Positions 55,152-64,000 of a DNA stretch of 64,000 bases are shown piece by piece. A program made the position numbers and the translations under genes. Origin of the DNA: Chrysomallon squamiferum (taxonomy: Eukaryota; Animalia; Mollusca). The stretch's first letter is position 1. Each line of letters starts with the position of its first letter. The stretch is taken from the NCBI GenBank assembly GCA_012295275.1, contig CM022676.1, forward strand, positions 17,670,001-17,734,000. The letters run 5' to 3'. Under the pieces are notes generated by a model. That model saw nothing but the letters and a program-made list of their open reading frames with translations. It searched no databases and had not been told where the DNA came from.

Positions 55152-55322
55152 CATAATCATACTAAATATAATTTACAAATATTTCCGTGTACATATGACC
55201 TGTACATGGACATATTCCAAAACCGAAAGAAACACTTTTTATATAAAAAAATTAATCAAAATCATTTCTACAAAATACTTTCTGTTTAACGCCTCTGCTA
55301 CTGAACACTGAGATCAGAGATC

Positions 55323-55363
<41 letters not shown>

Positions 55364-56150
55364 AAGATAAGGAAAGAAAGAAAAACATCGGATAGATAAA
55401 GGATAAAAAAGAAATATCTTGTGGTTATGGTAATGATTACTATCCTGATGACGAAGACACAAAGAATTATTTTTATTATCAGTATTATTATAAACAGAGG
55501 TGTGGGGTCAGTCAGGTAAGAAATATTTCACTGTGGGAGAAACGATTTTCATATCGCAATGTACTTGTGGTCATTTATAACAATTTACCTCTCGAAAAGT
55601 CAGCAAAATTATCCGTCAGTGACAGATCTAAAAAGAAACACTAAAGAACAAGAAATATTAATAAAGAAAAAACAAATAATAAAGAAACAAACCAGGATGC
55701 GATATTTTTGAAATAGAAAACAATTTAAAATACCTTCTAATTTAAACGTGCTGATGGAGAATTTATTTAAGCGACTATTTTCGGTCTGTCGACTCAACTG
55801 CTGTAGATCACCGCTATCACCGATCTAAGAATAAATGAATACAAATTAAAATAAAATAAAACGAAATGAAATAAAGTAAGCAATAAATAGCAAAATATAT
55901 CAATAAGAAATAATGGCTCTACTAGGGTAGTAACAGAAATAGTAGTACTAGTATTAAAGATATTACTACTACTACTACTACTAGTAATAAATTAAGAACA
56001 CTGGAATAGTTAAAACATTATAAAATAAAAATATCATAGACTTTCAATATGGCGGACTTGTTTTATTTTTGCTTTGTGTACTTTTGGTTCTCAAAATCCT
56101 CCACTGATAAACACGCGAGTGACGTCAGATATTTTACACGTCATCAAGTG

Positions 56151-56367
56151 CAGTGGCGTGCAGAGGTGAGGGCCGAAGTGGCTCTGGCACCGGGCATCCA
56201 GATTTATATTTAAATCGAATAAAGTGTTTATGTTTTATCTGTGTTTACGTATTCAAAATATCTTCCTTTCTCATACTATTCCTCAGTGCTAGGCCTTGTA
56301 CTTGAATCTTTGGGAATTACAATCAAGGAGTTGGCCCCGGGCTTCACCAGACCTCCACACGACACTG
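56151..56367. mobile_element. hAT-type MITE, copy 2 (same insertion in the duplicated block)
   Basis: CAGTGGCGTG ... CACGACACTG with the same ATCAAGTG TSD at 56143-56150 and 56368-56375. Confidence 0.85.
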
Positions 56368-56534
56368 ATCAAGTGTCACGTTGTTAGGTTTCAATGTCAG
56401 AATAAAATAAAGAAATCGTGCTACGAGATATATGTATACTCATCTTACAGAAATCTTCTTTAAAACTGATTACAACAATTGAATAGATTAAGTACTACTA
56501 GATTGCATTGTTTATAGGTAAGTTATGAAATCTG

Positions 56535-56607
<73 letters not shown>

Positions 56608-57261
56608 TAAACAAGAGCAAAAACAACAATAAGAAGAAGAAATAAATTTTACAGTGCACTAAATATACGTGTACCTATTTTATTTCTCTGACGATGCTTG
56701 CATGACCAGTATATCAAGTTAAGCTAAAACGTGACGTTTGTTTGTAATGTAGCTAAGATAAAAATAGGGTGCCACAGCTTTATCAGAATCAAAAAGGTAT
56801 ACTCGGGTGTTATTTACAACGATCTGACAAATTCATTGTTAAAAAAATGTCTGCCCATAAGTGTAGAAATAAACCCGTGAAAATTTGAAATTATTTCCAT
56901 TTGTCATTATTTCAAGGAAGAAGATATAGACAACCCAATTATTTCCAATAAACAGAACAAACTAACAAACTCGTAAAGAGAAAACAATACTATTATATAA
57001 GATAATATTATCACATCTTCTATTGGCACGTACCATATCTTTGAAAAGCCTCACACTGTAATACTGTTTATTATATGTATATCAATAGCAGTATATCAAT
57101 AATAATAATAGTAATAATAATAATAAATTAAATTAACACAATATAAAATACATTGTAGTTTCAAAACACATATTTACTTGAACAAATTTCTGATCGATAA
57201 TTTCTTAGAAAGAAGTAATTTCTTTTTAACTCTACTATTGATTACAGAGATCAGGGATCTA

Positions 57262-57312
<51 letters not shown>

Positions 57313-57377
57313 AATGATATAAAGTAAAACGAAATAACCAGATACAGCATAAACTATAAACGATTAACTGATCTCTT

Positions 57378-57726
57378 CAGATAGAGGAAGCAATTATCCG
57401 GCGTCCTGAAATACCGAAAGACCAGAAAACCAGAACTTTTCCCCGACGCAATTTTCATACTTTGCGCGCACGGGTTTTGTCCTCACCAGACCGTAACTGC
57501 TCTTTCAAGCCGCGTGTTGTTCATTCACTCGCCGCATTGTTTACGTGTCGAGTCGCCACAGTTGTGTGTCGTCAATTTTCTTTATTTATTATTATTTTTT
57601 TAAATTGTAAAATGTTTATGCCTAAATATTTACGAATTGAAATCCCTTGGCACGAGAAAACCGGAAGATCCAGAAATTCGGAACGCCTCAGGACCCAAGG
57701 AGTCCCGATAATTGATCCGGTACCTG
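57378..57726. mobile_element. TA-target MITE, copy 2
   Basis: Homologous to 36693-37020 at the same position in the duplicated block; left TIR more decayed. Confidence 0.7.
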
Positions 57727-58563
57727 TATTTAGGTGATACTATTACAACTACTGCTACTGCAACTGCTACTACTCTAATAGAATAATAATTATTATTATA
57801 ATGACGACACCATTATTATTTGTATTTCTTCTTAGTATTTTTTTATCTTATTATTGTTGATGTTGCTGTTGTTACTATTAAATATTCTTCGATATTTCTC
57901 ATAAACTAGTGTGTTATCTTTAAAAAATATATATATATTATAGCTTTGACAAAATAGATTACTAATTCAATATGTCTGGTCTGATTTAAGTAAAAGTACT
58001 AATAGTACAGCATATATTAAATTACAATAAAATACAAAATACCTTCAAATTTCAAAATGTCCGCCTGCGAACAAAAGTACGTCCTTGCTTGGTGAGTGTT
58101 TTCCTGGAACTGACAACGTCCTGTTTGACAGGTCACTGAAATATCTTCTGTGTATCGCTGTTTACAAAGTCGTCTGCTCATAAACACGTGACTGAAATCA
58201 GATCTCACGCCACCTTTAGCGGTAAATACATGCAGATATATTGTAATATACAATGTTTGCCGTGTAAAGTAACGTATGTTTCAAACCTGTTAATTATATA
58301 TATTTGTCATTACTTTTTTTTAGTGTTAAACATTTATTTCTCACACTATATTGATGAAAAACTGATCGCTAAAAAGTGTCTGTTAGGTAGGTCAGATAAA
58401 AATAGTGTGCTAATAGTACTGGGGACAAGAAAGGTTATACCGAGGATCGTGAAAAATGCAATGTAATGGTGAATCAGAAAATATGGGACACTCTTTTATT
58501 TGTACATAGTATGAGTCAAAGCGACCTAAGCACAGATGTGAAAAACATCACGTTCATTATTTC

Positions 58564-58627
<64 letters not shown>

Positions 58628-58959
58628 AAATAATAATTATTATTATTTTATTATTTAAATAAATAAATATGTAAATAAATAAATAAAATAAAAACATACT
58701 CATCATTTATAGTAAGAAGTTTGATTTTTAATTTATTTATTTGTTTGTTTTTCTTCTTTGTCTCTTTGTTTTTTAGTTTTTTTATTTCACCACATAAAAT
58801 ACAGTATAATATATACTACAGCTAATCCATTTTAATATAAAAAAGTAAAAGTAAATTAATGTTTTAAAATAGAGAAATCTCGACCACATCAGTAATAATA
58901 GTAATAATGATAATAATAATAACAATAAATCTGTTTTAGACATTACTACTAATAAATAT

Positions 58960-60345
58960 TTGTTATATAAACAAAAATATATGTTACTGTAAGAACCATA
59001 CAAAACTGCATACACAGAAAAATAATTTATATGTGCATATTTTTGCATTTTCTGTTGCTAAATTGTTAGATATATTTACAGAATGTCTTGTCTACATAAT
59101 CAAAGGATGTGCATTGAATTTTCACTAGACTTATTACAAAATTAACATTTATCTGAATTTTCTATAGCATATAATACCAAATGCTTATTTGTTGTTTAGA
59201 TAAATAACAAGATCTTGTACTGAAAATATTTAAGCCCTGTGTCTGTAGTTAGCTTGAATGGAAGATGTGCACTTTTCCACCATTTGTCACCGAACTTTAT
59301 ACCAAAATTATGCTATTTTGTTTTCTTATTTATTTCATAAAGACTCTTTATTAATAGTTAGCATTAAGCCATTGTAAATCGAAAATTGTGGTGTAGAGAT
59401 ATATATATATTTTTTATTATTTCAAAACGCAATGCATGAAAGCCACTATCAAGAAAGATAAAGCAATTTTGATTTACTGACCCCAAAACGAATATCAGTG
59501 AAACTCTAGAATATAAACAGTTACTCAAAAGAGAGGCAATGTCTTCGTCCGAATACACATATTAAATCCACGATATCTTTAATGCATTACAAAATAACTT
59601 AATATTTAGTGCTTGTAAACCACCATTTTCATAATCGTCAAAATATCTTCTACTTTTTCTTTCTTTCTGACTATTTTATGAGGCTTTTTTATTCCAAATA
59701 AACTGAAATTATGAAACAAATATTATAGAGAAATAATTTGTTGGATTTGGCAGTAAAGAAGAAATATAAACAACTTTCGATAAAATTAAACTTTCGATTA
59801 CAGTAATTTTTTATAAAGCTAAGAAACAACAACTGAAGCAACCTTTGAACCTTATTGAACTTTGCATTAAAGTTTAGCTGTTGTATCTGATCCGTGGAAA
59901 ACCGTACCGCAAGTGTTGTAAATTGTGTAGCACATTTTAATGTATGTTTTTAACATAATTTTTCTGTGATCATTTTGGTCTTTGCCTAATTTTATTATAT
60001 CTGTTTTACCTTTATTAACTGTAAGAACGTATATATCAGTAAAATATTTTAATGTCTCTACATATTCTTATAGAGCTTTATCACACGAACCTAACAATGT
60101 TGTGTTGTTGGCAAATTTTGACATTTTAAATTCATTACCGTTAATCTCAATCCCGTGTATATATTTGATATTTCTTACTAAGATTACAAGAATCTCAACA
60201 CATAAAATGAAAAACAGTGAAGTAATAGATCCCCTTGTCTACAACCTCTGTACATTTGAAGTGTTTAGTAATCTTACCTTTTATGTATAAACACCATTCA
60301 TGTTTATTATAAATGGTCGATATTCATCTTTGAATTGAGACACCA
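58960..60345 (-). mobile_element. Degraded L1/Tx1-like LINE ORF2 fragment (RT, C-terminal region, Zn knuckle)
   Basis: Minus-strand relics in the expected order: GCRQGDL, FILCVEIL, SKFANNTT (cf. QFADDTT), KITVIESLILSKVVYISSLLPNP, DDYENGGLQALNIKLFCNALKISWI, C.FCNKSSENSMHI..LC; many stops and frameshifts. Confidence 0.8.
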
Positions 60346-61451
60346 AATTTAAATATTGATTTTCTTTTATTTTCTTTCTTTTCTTTTTTTAATTCCACGA
60401 TATTATATAACTTTTAGTTTCAGTTTTTCATCAAAATCTACAATTAATTAAGAATAAATTCGAAACACTAAAGGGAAATAATTCAAACTTTCTCTTCATG
60501 CAAGTGGTAAAGGAATTATCTCCCACTGTATCAGTAAACACTTTTCTTGTCTGCTCTATGAAAATAGTTAAACACGATGTATTTGTTACTCAACATTTAC
60601 TATGAACAGTGATAATTAAACAACATAATTGTACTTTATACTTATAAAAGGTTGGTTTAGAAAAACACTAATAACTCATTTTAAATATAAAACAAAACCG
60701 AACAGACAGATCTAGAAGCGACATAGTAGTAACTGTTATGTAGTTGTAACAGCTAACTCCAACAGCAGAAGTAGTAGCTTGGACATATTAGCAGCCGCTG
60801 TCGTAGTGGTTGTTGCAAAAGAACAGCAGTCTGCAGTAATTAAGACACAGTAAAGGTGCAGGCTTAGTGTCTGTGTTGGTTACTTGTATCTACGACACTT
60901 GTAACTGTTTTCCTTGTTGCTGTTCTTGAATAAATCCATTTCGATCTTCTCTAGACTTTTTATTTTCTTCTTCCTCGTTTGTTTTCCTTTTCTTCTTTTA
61001 ACTAAGGAATGTTCGATATCATCTGATATTTTTAATAAACGTAACCAAGTATATTGTTTTGTTTTGTATCCCAGTTTAGTGAAGATAAAAGCTAGCTTAA
61101 CGACTGTTAATGGCTGTTTAATGTTGTCGTTTTATTACAAACCACTGCCTCCTTTTGATGATCGAAAAAATCAACAAAAACGAACCCGGGAGCAGGTCAG
61201 CACTAATCATAGGAGGGGCAGATACCCACATCCGGTTGTGAACGAAAACACAGCAAATGAATTAGCTCTGCCCAATACACGTTAGTTGCAAGCATTGTCA
61301 GCAGACGATCAAATTAGAATGAGCAGACGACACTATTTTCATTTGGCGCGGTTTATTTCTCATGTTGTGCTCTTTGACTATCAACAGCAAGGTAATTGAA
61401 ACTTTCAACAATGGCGGATGAAAAGGAACGATACTTTACGCATTTCAAAGA

Positions 61452-62287
61452 AATATCAAAATACCGGATACGAAGGCATAAATCTTCTCAGTGTTTTTAA
61501 AGTATGTGAAAACACACACACCGTCACATGCACACACTTACACACACAGACATGGAAACACGCGTATGAAAAAGTGAGGAAGACAGACATACATACAGAC
61601 AGAAACCTAGATAAAATTACCGTTTTTGTTAGTAATCTAATTATTTTCTAATTAATTAATCTCACACAATTATCTCACTTTTTAAAGTCTTACTCTTCTT
61701 CTTTTACACATATCTTTATACGGATGACGTCATACTAACAGGGGACCACGTCACCGGTCTGCTGTATCTATCGAGGAAGTACTTCATCACAATACTTGAA
61801 GCCAAATGCGTAAACTATTTCGAGTTGTCGTTGTCGTCACAGAATGCGTGCGTCGTGCTTGAACAAGGTCACCTGTTTGATGAACTTGATCTAAGGAAAA
61901 AAACTGTTGACTATATTTTGAAAAATGGCGACGAAGTTTTGTAGTCAGATGAAGTCACCGATCTTTGTCACCAATGTCTGGTTGAGATCATACGATCAGA
62001 CGAACTGACAGCAGACGAGAAAAATGTTTTTGAAGCCGCTGTGAAGTGGGCTGACAGCGCGTGCAGGAAGCAAGGAAAACAGACGAGTGAAAAAAACATG
62101 CGCGAAGCACTGGGAGAGTTCGTGAAGCACGTGCGTTATCCATTACTTGATCAGACGTATTTTGTAAAAACATGTGATACCCACTCACATACTCACTGAG
62201 ACAGAAGGATTCAAAATTACAAAACATTTCCTTTGTCCAGATGAAGATGTTTCACCTTTCAACTCAGACAAGAGAACTGCAATTATG
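61452..62287 (+). pseudogene. Inverted, truncated BTB-BACK pseudogene (copy 3)
   Basis: Homologous to the end of exon 1, the intron and the BACK part of exon 2. Lesions: TAA 61479-61481, acceptor AG lost at ~61710, TAG 61942-61944, +1 frameshift at ~62170. Most of the BTB exon and all of PHR are absent. Confidence 0.9.
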
Positions 62288-64000
62288 TTAAAGCTTATGG
62301 AAATAAGAGGTCACCCAGATATATTTTATGGGGCGACTAATGTTTTTTACATCCCAATCGCCTATACGGAACTTTCGCTGAAATTCGGTGACCGGATATT
62401 TGGAGCCCAGCATATTATCTCTCGTATTAAGAAATGTGTTTTGTAATACCAATTGATATTTTAATATTTTTTTAATATTTCAGTCAGAACATGTCACTAA
62501 TTGCATCTTGTGATAACTTCTAACATTTTGTGACATTAGCTGTCACATGTTTCTTCATAATGCTTAGATCATACAATTTTAAATTTATAATTTTAATATT
62601 TCAGCATGTTTTTATATATAACTATCTTATTCAGTTGTTCAACTGAGATTTGTCCATGTTTAAAATTTTTCAGATTAAATAATTAATATTTCAGCTACAT
62701 TATTTTTCATATTATAGATATATAAATCCGTTTTTTTCTATCTTCAGTACTTGAGTATTTCAGAAACTGTTGCTGAAAGTGGAAATCTTCCCTCAACATT
62801 TTTATTTTTGTTTGCTGCTGCTGATGTGATGTCACCTCTATTTAAACTGACTCATGCAGAACGAGAATGTTAACAGCAGTATTCAGTATACTTAATCAAT
62901 ATTTGTGAATACAATGTTTTGTGGCAGTGATTTTGTTTCTACATGATTTATATTTGACTATTTTGTCACATTGCTTAAAGTAATTACTGATTATTGATAG
63001 ATATAATAATTTTAAAAATGTAACTTTCAATTTATGGCTAATTTAAGAAACGAAATCTGCCTCTGCTGTCTAACGAAAACAAAAACTGATGCATTGTGGG
63101 TTTTTAAAAATATTTACATAATTTACTTTCTTATTTATTTAGTTATCTGCTTATTTACTTATTTCATTCATTGCTAAGCATTTACTTATTTAGCTACTTA
63201 CTTATCTCATTTGATGTGATGTCACCTCTATTTAAACTGGAAAATCATTCAGAGGTAGATCACTTTTAATTTTTCTAATTAATTACTATTTTTAATTTAT
63301 GAATATATGATTTATATAATAATTATTGTAAATGTTGTTTGAAAATTAAGCTTCAAAGATTGAGCAGACATAATTTTATTTTTCTCTTTTTGTCATTGTT
63401 GTTTTTTTATCAGAAAAGAAACAACTGAGATTTGCCTGAAAAAACTCAGAACTGAAAGCATGTTGCTCTGGTCAAAAGCTTTATATCATTTGTAAGAAAT
63501 TAAATATATTTATGCGTCAATTAATTATTCTGAAATATTCAAAGCAGATAAAAATAATAAAAAATAAATAGATAAAATTTTGGAAACCCGTTATTAATGA
63601 CTGCTAGTTTTTAGTTTAGTTCTTAGTATTATTTACTTATTTATTTTATTGTTATCATCATCATTACTATTTGAATTTTGTATTATTGTTATTGTCAATG
63701 ATAAACATTTAACATCTTTCGGGTGATGTTTTTAAACAAAAATAATTAACTTTGATAAGTTAAAGATAAATCTTTTAAATTTCATTATATCATATATTTT
63801 AGTTATTTCACTTTGTTCTCTGGTGTGAGACACTATAAGTCTCCCTGACTCTGAAGATTTCCGGCGAAACATCAGTTGACTACAGTCTGAACAAACTGGA
63901 GGAAGAATCCCAGCTTTGTTATAAAATCTTCATTTACATCCAGTTGCTCACACTTTCAGCAGGTACTGGCTTTTTAAGATTATACTTTGCTGTTGTTAAT

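Larger units (their letters stand above)
48580..58952. repeat. Segmental duplication block B (contains BTB copy 2 and the Tc1 insertion)
   Basis: Direct-orientation paralog of 30130-38245; homology ends at AATCTGTTTTAGACATT(C/A)CTACTAA, where the LINE relic begins. Confidence 0.9.

Noticed and set aside
63835-63965. GC-richer ~40-codon open stretch ending at CAG|GTACTG
   Set aside because: No clear acceptor, no recognisable domain, and at the window edge

Overview
AT-rich, microsatellite-dense animal genomic DNA (probably mollusc/lophotrochozoan; this is an inference) with one 200-N scaffold gap. Most of the supplied ORF track is simple-repeat noise; the real genes are spliced and were rebuilt by hand from GT/AG boundaries and exon phase. 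(1) A minus-strand gene with 8 coding exons (15986->10054) encodes a ~460-aa type I membrane receptor: signal peptide, two cysteine-rich Ig-like domains, S/T-rich stalk, TM and a tyrosine-motif tail. Further phase-1 signal-peptide/Ig exons lie upstream at 19.4-23.3 kb. (2) Two intact 434-aa BTB-BACK-PHR genes (BTBD1/2/3/6 family) sit in a tandem segmental duplication about 20.8 kb apart, with a third inverted, truncated pseudogene copy. The intact paralogs differ mostly in the BTB exon and in PHR loop segments. (3) Nested tandem duplications carry decayed LRR-like modules and a small hydrophobic ORF. (4) Mobile elements: a dead Tc1 (DD34E) with TIRs and an empty paralogous site, hAT- and TA-type MITEs shared by both duplicates, and a degraded L1/Tx1-like LINE. 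Overall this looks like a birth-and-death, possibly immune-related cluster; that functional reading is inference.
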